Position numbers and translations under genes: made by a program. The notes below the pieces were generated by a model that saw only the letters and a program-made list of their open reading frames with translations, did no database searches and had not been told where the DNA came from. Positions 37,040 to 50,179 of a stretch of DNA of 64,000 nt are shown piece by piece (the stretch's first letter is position 1; each line of letters begins with the position of its first letter). Origin of the DNA: Gnetum montanum (Eukaryota; Plantae; Gnetophyta); contig MNCI01002105.1 of NCBI GenBank assembly GCA_015680685.1, forward strand, positions 1 through 64,000, in the 5' to 3' direction.

Positions 37040-38682
37040 TGAAACACCACCAAATTTAGGCTCTCAGGTCTCAACTACAAATTTGGCTAAGTGTCAAAAC
37101 TTGAGAAATTTGTTCTAAGTGTTAATACTATGCTCTCACTACTAGGACTACACTCCAAAGTGTAGTCAATGTAGGTGATACTAATAGTCAAGATTTGCAA
37201 AATTTCTCTAAATGTTAATAGTAGCTGAAGATTTTTTCAAGTTCACTGACTATACTCACCCTATCGAGACTACACTTTAGAGTGTAGTCAGCCTTGGAAT
37301 GACCAGCTTGCAATTTTTCCCAAGTGTTAGGTTAGACGCACTGAGCATGTATGGGATGGAAAAAATAATTTGGTAGATTTTCTAACTCTTGATCCTACAC
37401 TACCTACTATGCTCCAAATCATAGTTAGTGTAATTTGCATGAGCACATCAACTTTGTCAAACTTTTCCAAGTGTTAGGACTACACTCACACCTCCAAGAC
37501 TATGCTCTAAAGCGTAGCTAGCATAGCCTGCATAGAGAATCATTTTCTAGCAATATTTTCCCAACTCCTTAGGCTATGCTCTAGAGCGTAGTTAATGTAA
37601 TCTACCAAAACTACCTCCAAAAGCTTCCAAAACTCAACATCAGCCTGCATCTTAGCTCTAGCATTTTTCTGGCAAGAAAGATTAGCAACTATCATTTCAT
37701 TTGCACCCCTCATTCACCCCTAAAATTGTACCTATGCTTGATACCACTTGAAAGAGTGGGCAGCATAGTCCCAAAGTGTAGTCTCCAAATTGCATTGTTT
37801 TACACTATTTTTAGGTACTTTTTGGTTTATCTAGCATTTGCATTTGTAGTCTTTGTAGCATAGTCATAGTCTAGCAGTCTCACAAAGTCCATTAGAGCAC
37901 ACCAATAGAAAACCATTTTGCTTTAGTGGGAGCATAGCCAAGGACTAGCATAGTTCCAACTACCTCTCTACCATGTGATGCTTGATCTACGATTCACGCT
38001 AACACTAACCCTATAAATACCACTGTGCTTCACATTTTAGGGGCTAGAATTTTCATTTAGCAGTTGGCATTTTGGCATTGAGACTCTTACACCCAAGCAT
38101 CCTTAGCAACTTAACAAAATTTGGGACACCACCCTAACACCATTGTACACCTCCCAACACATTGTACACCAACGTAACTTGTGGGACACCATGTAAACCA
38201 ACTTGGCAAGCTCAGACTCCATGGCGAATGTTAGTTCTTCATAGCTAGACATTTTGAGACCGTGACTATGCTCACCTACTCCACCTGTTATACATTTCAT
38301 ACCTTCTAAAATTTCCTTTGCAATTGACTATGCTTCCTTGTTTAGGGTGGTGTTTTTTTCTCTTACTCACATTCTATGCATTTATCACATTTTTCTTACA
38401 TTTTTAGCATTTTACTTGCATTTTTCACTATTTAAGCATGTATTCATGCATTTGCACCTTTATTCTCATGTTCAAAATCCCTACTATGCTCACATCCACA
38501 GACACCACAAACATTGCAAAACACCACATCCCCTTTAACACTCGTTATGTTATAACACCTGTAAGTCCCAGTTTGATTGACAAGACTGTTCTAGGCACCC
38601 CCACCTTTATTCTAAGCTAGCCCTCATGTAGAAGCAAGGTAAAGACTGTGTAACTGAGGACCTCTCGATGTCCTGTTCTACA
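37040..38682 (+). repeat. 5' LTR of element E
   Basis: TGAAACACCACC...GTTCTACA, TATAAAT near 38013, followed by a PBS. Confidence 0.85.
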
Positions 38683-38688
38683 GTTTTC

Positions 38689-38705
38689 TAGTGCTAGAAG
38701 GAGGG
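38689..38705 (+). promoter_or_regulatory. PBS of E (tRNA-Asn type)
   Basis: TAGTGCTAGAAGGAGGG is close to TGGCGCTAGAAGGAGGG, the complement of the plant tRNA-Asn(GUU) 3' end. Confidence 0.8.
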
Positions 38706-39076
38706 CCTTCACCATTTCCTTCTTTGACCATCCCTTGGTTATTTCCTTGTGTGCTCTCTAAACCATTGGTATGGAGTGGACCCCATTGTTGGTTCCCTTG
38801 GAACCTTGTTGAGCAACACCAAAGTGCATAACTTGCAATCAACTAGATTCTGGGTTCTTGACAGTGTAGCTAGCCCTAACATAGTGAGCATAGTAAGCTC
38901 TAAGCATAGTCCCAGAGTTAGCATTTTTTTTGTAATTTACAGTTAGCTATTATCTTCCATTTTTACACTTAGTTGTTTTCTCAGCAGTTGCATACTTAGC
39001 CCTTTTTCTGAATTTTAGCGCTTAGCCCTTTTTCTTCCTATTTTGCATAAGAAACTCTTGGCATTGTCCCATGCAT

Positions 39077-42000
39077 CATGAATCCCAAACAACCTTTGAC
39101 CTCTGCCCCAAGTGTGATTGTTGTTCAACTTGTTTAGTAGGAAATATAAATTAACCTTCCTAGGTTTGAGGGCCCTATCCTTGTATAAAGGTAATCTCTT
39201 AGGCAATGCAACTTGCCTCCTGAGGTCATGGTGCTTAATGATGAGCAGTATAACTTTATTTCTGAAAAACTCTAGGTGGGTTTGCCTTTAGACTACCAAG
39301 AAATTGAAGCCAAACATAGTTATAAAATCATGTATCAAAACAAGAGGGAATGGCTCCCCCTCTAATTTTGACTATGTACTACTCACAAAAGATTACCAGT
39401 GGATGTTGGACAACCTCTTCTACAACATGAGCCGTGAGGAAGGGATGGACTACGAGGAGCCCCTCTAAGAGAAGTTGAAAGAGTTCGAGACTCAATCTAA
39501 GCATGAGAACCCATTCCATGCCTCATTCTAGTAAATAGCCTCTACTTTCATTCCTCTAATGTCCCCACAACCTAGCACCACTACCCAAGTCAACACCTAT
39601 GGTGGTAACCCAGCAGATGCTGTAGGCACACCAAGATGTAGCTCCAACTTTTAGTCTTTCCATTAACATGCCTTTCACCATCTTTACACAGCCTTCGCAA
39701 CCTATTTAGCCTATTTAGCTCATTCAGCCTATTTAGGTTGTCCAACCTTCCATAGCAATAACCATTGCACCTATGCAACCTTACATGCACACCATTCACA
39801 TTTCTTGCCCATTATACTTGACTCAGGTGTCATTCATCTCACCTATCATGTTGGCACCCCTTACAATGGCCCAACCCATGAACACATGGTGGGGTCCAAG
39901 TGCTATGTCCATGGTGCAGCCCACGCAATAGGCATCGCGTGTGGTCACACAACCTAGAGTCAGGTCGTGGACCATCCAACAACAATAACAGGCAATACAA
40001 AACATGCAGCCTACCACTATAATCACACTTGGCCTTGACCAAGCCTTCTAACTAATCCAAAGCCTTATTGAAGAGGTCAAGTAGCTTAATGCTACCTCCT
40101 TAGAAATTGTTCATGTGATGGACTTCTAATAGGATGATCGAAATAGTCCTATAGTCCCACCATTGGCATTCCCCACCAAGGTCCCACTCCCATAGTTCAC
40201 CAAATACAATAGTGAAGGAGACCCTAACATCCATCTAGTGACCTTTTGATTAGAATGCCTCCTATTATAGGCATGTCCAACATCATCATTTACATGTTCT
40301 CCATGTCCCTAATTTGCAAGGCACTAAATTTGTATCATGTGCTTCCGAGGGCCTCCATCACTTCTTTAGAGGAATTGCTTACCCAATTTGTTACTCGCTT
40401 CAAGTACAAGTTGAAGCCTGAAGCAACCCTAGACCAACCGATGCAAGTAAAGCAAGGCCACTTAGAGCTCGTGTAAAAATTTATTCAATGGTGGAGTGCA
40501 TTTCTCAATGAGATCCACAAACCTATTGTGAAGACACACTTGCTAGCCATCTTCAAAGGCATAGTAAACAACTTCATCAAGCTAAAACTATACTACCTTG
40601 CCCTACAATCCCTAATACAAGCATTTGCACAAACTAAGAGCATTCAGGATGGAGAAAAGGCTAGCAAGTATTTGACCTACATGGCCTACAAAAACTTACA
40701 CATGAAGAAGGAGAAAGATAAGGACAAAGCTAAGCAACCAACCACAATCGTTGCAACGATGGCCAACGAGGCTAAGCGAACCAATGTTAAACCAACGACT
40801 AAGCTACCCAAGGCCCCAACCAATAACAACAAGGTAGCTAGCCCTAGCCCAGCAACAAACAACCAATCTATGTGATCAGTAGCCGTGGCACTAGGCCTAG
40901 CCTCGAGTACAAGGATCACTCGAAGTATATGTTGTTGTCGATGAAGCAATCAAAGCTATTGGACCAACTACTTCATGCTAGATGCATCCAGTATAAGAAA
41001 ATGTCTTAGGACACTCATAAGTAGCATGATCAATACTATAAGCTCCTCAGGAGTCCTTCAACTACACTACCAAACAAGCCCCCAATCCCTAAGCATTTTA
41101 GATTGGACCGATTTTGCTAGTATCACCAACTAAAAGGTCATGACATAGACTTTTGCATGGCTTTGTAGGATGACATCCAATGCATGATTGACAAGAGTGA
41201 GTTGTTCCTTGATCCTACCAACCCGATGCTCCCCTAGAACTAGTCAATGAGGGTTTACAAGGATCCACTTAATGCAAGTGGTGCAAGGTACATCATCAAT
41301 GCCATCAGCATTGATGACGATGCAAAATCAACACAATAGCCATTTGTGGTTCATGTGCCTTCTAGTAACACTAGGGCCTCCTCAACACCAACTAGTTTAA
41401 GAACCCCTTTTGTCATAAGACCATCACCTCAAGTGCCCATAACACCCTTTGTGGTCAAGGCCCCACAACATGTTATAACTTCAATAGCCCAAACACCCTT
41501 CGTTGTGAGGGTGTCATAGCATGTAGGCCCCCCACTTGTTGGGAGCCTGATGGTGGGTAATGCATTGGCCCTTGCTTGACCATGACCCCATCCTACAAGG
41601 GACACCAACAAGCAAATGAGATGGCAAATTTGGAGGCCCAACGAGCACCTCACTAATCAAATGCTTAGGAAACACTAGGAGTAAAGGGCATTAGACCCAC
41701 CAAATCCTATTCCCTTGTCCTCCATACTAATGGCCCAACCAATTGAAGAGGCCACCACTAAAAGCAATTAACCAAGGAGCACTAAGGCTCTAAAATAATT
41801 GAGTAGCCAAAAATGAAGCATTGAGGCTCAAAAGTAAACAAAACAAGCAAGGCTCAAATCTACTCCATGAGAGATCTATCTCTTAGGATGAATAAAGGAG
41901 ATGAAGGCCACCAACAAAAAAGTGGTAGACCATGGCAAAGACTTTCTTGATGCATTGGTATAGGTTAAGAAACCTGTATGACTTGGCAATGACTTCCACT

Positions 42001-42865
42001 ACTCATTATGAAGCATTAGTATGCATGTTGACTTCCATTTCCATTACGGAGGACATTCCAGTGGATGAACAGTCCATTCAAACTATGATGTTGCCTCTTC
42101 CCTCGCAGGAATCAAGTTCAAGGCCCCTAGCATTTCATGATGAGGTGATTAAGGTGGATCCTAAGAAGGGTTAAGTCATTACTGTGCTAATATTCATTAC
42201 CATCTACATGGGGGAATGCAAAATTCAAGGGGTGCAAGTCAATGATGAGTTGACAACCAATGTCATCCCATACACAGTTTTTGACAAGCTTAGTCTTGCT
42301 AACCAAATTCAACTAATGAAGAAAACCTACTTGAAATCCTTCAATGGATCTCTTGTTGTTTTACAGGAAACTATCACAATAGCCTTCATAGTAGAGGAGT
42401 AATTCCCCATCACAGCCAAATTCATAGTGGTTGAAGAAAGGCTAGGTTTCAACCCAATCTCGGGTAGGCCCTGGTTAGACTAGTTGTAGACTGTCTCTTC
42501 CCCAATCCATTAGGAAATCTACCTTCTATACAAATGTGGAGAGGTTATCATACATGATGACAATGTAGCCCCTATGATCATTAGCAACATTAATGCTAAG
42601 CAAGGGTCAGAGGTGGAGTTCCTCGATAACATGCCTCCCACAAAGGACGAAGGTGAAAAATGTGAAGCAAAATAACTCGAAGAGCCAACAGAAGCCCCTG
42701 ATCCTTTAAAAGACACTTTGTGGGTAGAATTTCGCTTTAACATAGTTGACAAAATTTAGAGCAAATACCATATTGTACCCTCTAGACCCTACGCACCTCC
42801 TAACCCACACCGAATTAGGAAACAACTATGTAACTAAGGTATCCCCTTGGTCTAATAGGCACAAG
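39077..42865 (+). pseudogene. gag: Degenerate gag-protease of E, including an N-terminal domain and a Q/P-rich linker
   Basis: Colinear with D's gag-PR. GVQVNDELTTNVIPY (degenerate protease site), KSFNGS, FNPISGRPWL. Confidence 0.85.
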
Positions 42866-43489
42866 GTCCCTGCCTGCCCCCCTTTTGCACACTTTACTTG
42901 TTTACATTTTGTTTGCATTTTACGTTAGCTTGGTTGTTTTCATCTTTTACATTATTCCTTTCTTTATGCATTTTCTCTATTTGTGCATTGCACTAAGTTT
43001 ACATTTTCACTTAGTTGCTTTTAGTAGTTAGTTTACATATAAAAATTCAAAATACATAAACACCATAAAATGCAAAAGTTACAAAACAAATACCACGGCC
43101 CACTACAATGTTAAACTAGCAACACATGGCTTACCATGGCCTTAAATTGGTAATATCTAGCTCAAAATGGCCTTAAACTACTATATAGCCCGCCATGGCT
43201 TAAAACTGGCAATTAAATTTTCTTTATCACCAAGGCCCGAAATGGCCTAAAACTATCAAAGCATTATCTACATGTGTGTCCTTAAATGACCTAAAACTAG
43301 CAATCACATTATCTATTGCATCATTTCCACAACACATAGAAAATAAATACAAAACTCCACTCATCATACACTCCACATAGCAAAAATCCACTACATCTCA
43401 TAAAAAATAGTAGTACATATCATCCACATTACACCGAAAAAATATACAAAATACAGAAGTGCCTAGTGGTAGGGCTACATCAGGATTTA

Positions 43490-46200
43490 CCTAACTGATG
43501 GTGCTAGGTGGGGGTAGAGGCTCCTCTTCTTCCATCATGTCGTTGGGGCCTACAGCATCGCCTAGTGCTTGTCAACAACAACAACATCAAAATATAAAAA
43601 ATGTAAGCAAGTGTACAATATACATCTAATAGAAAAAAGCATAAAAAGTAACATAAAAGAACTAACCTAAGAGGATCCCACATCAATCATGTCTATGTCT
43701 ATTCTATCAAGGCTCTCCTCTAAGCATTAGAGGATTTTAGCCTCTGATAGCTATGCCTAGTCTTCCTAGTTGAAGTTAATACCTGCAAGGGTCTTTTCTT
43801 CATCCACAATGGTCCATGTGGGTGGCTATATAGAAAATGTGGCAAAAAATCCTCCCTTAAAGGCATGGCAATCTCCCACTCAGGAGAATCACTAACGACT
43901 ATGTGGCAAGCGAATATCTCAAAAGCTCGACTCCTACCAATCACCTCAATGAATAACTCAAGGTAGTAACCTTTGATGAACCCCTCTTTGAGTTGCTATA
44001 GATATGTGTCTTACTCACACTTGTAATGGTGCTTGTGGTCCTTCTACATGTGTTCCCACTTGCACACCTTAGCACTAAAGTCTTTTACTTCTAGCCTTTC
44101 TAAGCAAGCAAGTCCATCTATAACCTCTACTTGATGACCTCCCTAGTGGCCTCATTCTTGCCCTAGATTGCCAACTAGTACTTAGCATAATCAATCTCTA
44201 TGGCCCACTAGGTATCATCTCCCCATGCCTAAGCTAATAGAAAATCATATAGAGATTGAAGATCCCTAATCTTCTCATTTTTTCTTGCCACCATCTCTTC
44301 AAGCTCATTCATGCATTTCCATAGGTGCTCATTCGACTACTTGTAGTTGGATAATGCTTTTGTATTGGAAAGCATGCACCTGCTAGCTACCTCGTATATG
44401 CAGCGAGGTACTTGCTCAACTTTAGGGGAATACCTGGGGATGGCATCCACTTTGGCCACTTGGTTCAGATCCCAGCGGACCTTAGAACCTATTGGCATGC
44501 AACAAGCAAATCAACATTAGTCATAAAGTAAGCATAAAATTGGTAAAGCAATGCAAGAAAAACAACATGCATGCTAAGCTTAGGATCTGTCTACTATATG
44601 TGGTGCTCAACTATGCCTTTCATGAAGGAAACTTTATCTAGCATCTCAACCCATAGCTTCATGTGGTGGGTAGGTGAAGATGGTGGATCGCTGGTAAGAA
44701 CATTCGAGGCTATAACCCAACATGATGCAATGTTTAGCAACAACTAAATAGCCAAAGATGCAAGAGAAAAAGAACAAAAATAGATGGAAACTTAAAGCAC
44801 TTACAAAGTAAGCCTTCAGGTGTGAGAGCAAGGGGATCCCCTAGTTGCACACAATCAAAGAGGCTAGCGAAATCACCCTCATCAAGGTAGAATAGCCCCT
44901 ATATATCAAATTGCTAGAAGGCCTCCGTGGCCTTGTATAGCTCCTCCTTGGGTGCCTCCTCCTCCTCAGCTTAAGGAGGGGCTATCTCTACCACTATCAT
45001 TGTCATTGCTTTGGTAGCCCTCTCACCTAATGCATGAAAATAACATAGTAGCATTAGTGTAACATAAAAAATTACAAACATAGATAATTTTAAGAACAAA
45101 TGCATCTACACATGAACTAACCTACAACATCCATGTGCAAAGTCAGTATCTTGAGATGGATTTTCTTGGCACCTACCTATCCAACTATAGGGGAAACCTC
45201 CTCTATTGGGCATGGCCTCTTGATCTTTCTCTTGGAAGGCCCCACTATTTCTACAATATAACAGTCAACCCTATTTACATCCCCAATAATAGTTGAGGGA
45301 CAGTTGCCCACACTGTCATAGGAGTAATGTGACTGTGACCTTCCCAAAGGACCTTTAGTCATAATCGAATATGACTCATTAATCCCTTCTAGGGGGTCCT
45401 ACATGCGAGAGGTGGTGAACAAGTGTTTAACCCAAGGCTTCGATAGTTGTTCACAATCCTACACTACCCAGTGCCCACTATCCTAGATCACTAAGAACTC
45501 CGCGAACCTTCACAGATATGCTACGAAGAATTGCAAGTGCATGTGAGACCTTGCCTAGAGGTTGTAGCGAAGTCTAGTGATCTTGGCTTATAGTCTAGCA
45601 GTAAGAAGGGAGGCCTAGTTAAACCTTGTGTCCTCCTCCAATACCTCCCTCATCACCTATGCTTGCTCCATCCTAAGGGTTTTTCCTTGGGAGAGCAACT
45701 TCGGAAAGGCACGGGCATGAAAAAGAGGGTAGAGCTCCTAGACATTAGGCACATGCATGTCTTTAACCATGATGCCTTTATGACATTGATTGGTTTCCAA
45801 CCACTCCTCGATCTCTCCTTTGTAGTCCACCTTTCTACTAGCCTTGTCAATGACTAATAGGCCCTTAGAGGAGAAGTCAAAGAGATCAGCAAAGAAGACA
45901 TCATTGAGGTCTAGGACTACCCTCACTTCATGCACATTGGTGACAAAGTGGTGGGCGTTGCTGCTAAAGGATTCTATAATGGTGATCATCTTGGCCACCG
46001 AAACACTTGAGCTAAGGGCCAAAAAAAGGTCCATCAACCCAACACATGTGAGCTAACTGGTCAATGCCTTTGAGGCTCAATGGCACAACCAATGTTGTGC
46101 CCCCTCTACATCACCGTACTTGATTATGAGGTGGCCTCACTACAGCCAATGGTAACCACCATCATCTCTCCTAAAGCAACTGTAGTTGTAACATAGGAAA
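43490..46200 (-). pseudogene. Antisense multi-exon accessory gene in E, plant-mobile-domain (PMD)/Athila-ORF-like
   Basis: A single frame reads VGLMDLFLAL..KMITIIESFSSNAHHF..VVLDLNDV..DLFDFSSKGLLV...ELYPLFHARAFPKLL..VMREVLEEDTRFN(W)ASLLTARL(Q)AKI..MHLQFFVAYL. Coding-like blocks alternate with U-rich GT-AG-like introns on the minus strand. Confidence 0.55.
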
Positions 46201-46639
46201 AATTAATGTTAGCATTATGCCTTCAAGCACCGAATGGAGTATTTATTTAAGTCCTCTCCCACCTACTCAATCATGACCTCCCAAAAGTTCATACTATTAT
46301 TTGATTAACTATTCGCTACACTCCCATGGAGCATAGCTCCAACAATAGTCTTTTTTTTATAGAAGGAAATAATAGTATGTGCTCTACATCCCTACACCTC
46401 CTGCAATTGTGGTCACTACCACAATGGCTATGCCACTATGCCCCATGACACTGCCCTACCTCATGCTTTGCTATGGCCTTCGCTGCACATCCTACCTTAC
46501 AAGCAGCAGCAACCCTTGAACCCTCATCCCTACTGTTGGCGACCATTTGGGACGCGACCGCCAACGAGTGTCCTCGAACAGGATTTAGGTGCCTGCTGGT
46601 CTCTGGCAACACCAAGGCCCAGATACCTCCAAATAACTC

Positions 46640-49240
46640 AATAGTTAATGTGAGTATGTGTGTGTGCTGTTGCGGCATGCGGTTGTATGAAATGTGACAA
46701 TTTCATTGTGTGTGAACTACAAATGACTTACTTTAAAGAGATTCAGCCAACTTTATCAAGTACTGTGAGTTGATGAAAGTTTCCTATTTTGTTCAAAATA
46801 CCTAGTCTATGTGGTCCTTATAATACCTGCTTGTAACAAGTAAAATTTTGCAAAAACATTTGAGCACAACTCCGCAAATCTACTCCTAATTTTCCCCAGA
46901 GAAAAAAGTAGTTCCACAAGAAAACTAGAAATAGAGCAAGATTCAATGGAAATAGACAGAAAAAAAAAGAAAGTAGATTTGTGTGGACCTCAAATATTTA
47001 AACAAGATAAAATGTCACGAGTAAACACTTCGCAATAAAGCTATCTCAAATTCAATATCTATGAATTGTTCAAACTTCCAAGACTCAAACAAGCAATATC
47101 TTCAAGACAATCCNNNNNNNNNNNNNNNNNNNNNNNNNNNNNNNNNNNNNNNNNNNNNNNNNNNNNNNNNNNNNNNNNNNNNNNNNNNNNNNNNNNNNNN
47201 NNNNNNNNNNNNNNNNNNNNNNNNNNNNNNNNNNNNNNNNNNNNNNNNNNNNNNNNNNNNNNNNNNNNNNNNNNNNNNNNNNNNNNNNNNNNNNNNNNNN
47301 NNNNNNNNNNNNNNNNNNNNNNNNNNNNNNNNNNNNNNNNNNNNNNNNNNNNNNNNNNNNNNNNNNNNNNNNNNNNNNNNNNNNNNNNNNNNNNNNNNNN
47401 NNNNNNNNNNNNNNNNNNNNNNNNNNNNNNNNNNNNNNNNNNNNNNNNNNNNNNNNNNNNNNNNNNNNNNNNNNNNNNNNNNNNNNNNNNNNNNNNNNNN
47501 NNNNNNNNNNNNNNNNNNNNNNNNNNNNNNNNNNNNNNNNNNNNNNNNNNNNNNNNNNNNNNNNNNNNNNNNNNNNNNNNNNNNNNNNNNNNNNNNNNNN
47601 NNNNNNNNNNNNNNNNNNNNNNNNNNNNNNNNNNNNNNTCCTTTTTCATCCTTGACCCTTGAAGCCTTTTTATAGGGTTCAAAGGTAGGTAGGGAAGTTA
47701 CATATTCAAAAATATCTCACCTAACTTCTCTCCCAAGTAACTTGGTTAACCAATAGGAGATTACTTACTAAATATCCTAGCTAACTTTACTCCTAAGTAA
47801 TTGAGCTATCCAATTAGAAAATTACTTGCCCAACAAGCTAGGAGATTTTTTATCCAACAAGTTAGGTAAGTTACAACAATTTTGGATGGTTGCAACCACC
47901 AAAGAGATAAAAATGCTAAAATAAAGGGATAAATATAAATTAAAGGGATAATAGCCATATGTCCCTTGCATGAATATCTCATAGTAAAGTATTTTATTTC
48001 ATGTAATAATGGGGTAGTAACGATGGATTTAATACATGGGCTGATATGTATAATGCATAAGTGGAGATGTAATTCATAGTATTTATAATGTAATCTGATT
48101 CAATTTTATTGGGCAATTATTTGTAAGTCTTGCTTAGTAAAATATTTAAAGTTTTAATTTAGCTTATTTTAATTTTAAATTCGTAAGTATTACTAAGCTA
48201 TAATGATTTTATAAAAAATCTAATATAATCTTCCTTTTGGAAGTAGCAGTGGTTAATTTATCTTATATTAAATCCATGATACCAGAAATACGAGCCCGAA
48301 GGCAAAGCCATCGATCCTGCAACTGATTCTTGGATTGAGGGCGTTCCAGCAACTGCCTCCACGGGAGAAAACCCTGCTGCCGGATTAGGAAACATCGCCG
48401 TGTGTTCTGTCTGAACCAGCAACTGCCCTAACCTCTGCCTTTGGAAAAAGTCTGCAATTTTTGATATTGCGGTTTTGAAATTTTTGCTCTGTACTTTTGG
48501 TTGTCCCCTGGATTTTCTGCAGTGCCTTTGGAGACGCACGGGACAGAACACCGAAAAATGCAGATTCTGATTTGGGTTTTGCTTTTCTTCTCTTTTTTTA
48601 TTATATGCATTCTGCGTCCATGGATGTATTGGTGCTGCCGTTATTATCTCTGCCTGCCCTGGTGCGCCCACTGCCTGTGCATTTTTTTTTCCGGCCTTTG
48701 TCATTTTCTGAATCGTCTCTGCCTGAAGCCCTTATGACAGAACAAAAAAAACACAAATTTTCCAAGAACGCCCAAACAAATTGTTAACAAAATCGGTAAA
48801 CAGGGCTGCGATTTTCTACAACTTCTGGAGCAAAATAGGGCCACGATTTTTTGCAATTTCCATTTGCAGGTATAATATTTTTTGTTTTTGGTACGCCTCA
48901 GGTCCGCGCCCAGGAATTCCACAGTTCGGTTTGTTGTACTGCGTGAGTGAGGGTTTGACATTTGTAGCATCGCGAGCCTCCAAAAACGTAACCTTAAAAT
49001 ATTTGCATCTTTTGAAATATATTTCATTTTTGGAATGGTAACAGATGTTTGATAATATCCTTGAAATTTCTCAACGCCAATTCTTGCCTCAAAATTACTC
49101 CATACCAATCATCTCATTCAACCTTCAATTTACCCCACAAGGTTTTAACATACCAACACCCCTTGAATATAACTTTGATAGCTCTTATGAGTTATTAAAA
49201 CTTACCAAACTCAAACCCTTGAATCTTGCTATTCCATAAA
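46640..49240. mobile_element. Unresolved insertion(s) in E's intron, including an LTR-like fragment and the assembly gap
   Basis: No counterpart in D. 47640-47970 looks like a minus-strand LTR U3 (starts TGCAAGGG, TATAAAAAG near 47665-47674). 48280-49080 retains many CpGs. Boundaries are approximate. Confidence 0.4.
47114..47638. other. Assembly gap (N run)
   Basis: Run of N bases. Confidence 0.99.
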
Positions 49241-50179
49241 ATGGCCAAATGTGCCAACACCTACCATCACTTCCCTGCCCCTACAGCATGTCCATCCATC
49301 ATTGTTGTAGTCCTAGACCCCACATAGATGGCTAAAAATAATAATGATGAAAATCCCTAATAGCACCCTCACCCCATGATGGCCACCCATGGACATTGTC
49401 AACATTGGTGCCTTGCCCCACGCATAGTCAAAAATGTGGGGCGAATCGATATAATCACAATGATGACTCGCCAAGCCTCAGTTCAATAGGCAACAGCCCT
49501 AGGGTCACCACCAAAACCTTGATCTACTACCCTAAGCATCCCCATGGCTTCTCTGATCATCGTAGTAGTTTCAGCCAATGCAACCCAAGCCCCTTGCCTC
49601 ATGTATAGTCATGCACAAGCTTGCTGCTACTCCTCCCCTTTGCCACATAGTCACAACGGGTGTATTGGTGATGGCCCCTGACACACCAGGGTGCCACTAG
49701 TAAACCCTCCACTGTGCATGTCATGTAATCAAGAAAATAATAAAATAATAAACAAAATACATTTGTGGTTGCATAGACAATTGTAGTAGTCACAATCATT
49801 GAAACCCTTACCTTCAAACTGTAGCACCAAAATAGAAAAACAAAAAATAAGAAAACAAAATCCCTACCTAGCATGCACTCCCTTACCACCATAATGGCCA
49901 TAAGGGCCATGGCAGTGGTAGTCCTTGCCAATGTAGGATGCCATCCATAAAACCAAAAGCCCTTGAAAACACCTAGTGCATGAAGCCAAAAGAAAACACA
50001 AGAATAATGACAAGGAGGCAAGCATAGTCAGGCATACTTAGTAGTCAACAATGCTCTCCTCTCCTCCACACATGCTCATGGTAGGCACTCCAAGACTCGC
50101 TCTCCCTCCTCCACATTGGCTAGGCTAGGGTGTTTTCATCCACATCAATGTAGCATGTTAGCAACTATGCTAGACTCTG

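Noticed and set aside
24160-38682. Large inverted repeat (24160-25671 vs 37040-38682) suggesting a TIR or DIRS-like element
   Set aside because: These are LTRs of two separate same-family elements in opposite orientation. Each has its own PPT or PBS.
39680-39745. 9-bp tandem repeats
   Set aside because: Low-complexity Q/P-rich Gag linker codons, which are ordinary.
47059-47682. ORFs of about 200 aa in the ORF track
   Set aside because: Artefacts of translating through the N gap.
48258-49108. ORFs of 135-148 aa as a possible host gene
   Set aside because: Overlapping ORFs on both strands with no recognisable domain. More likely noncoding repeat sequence.
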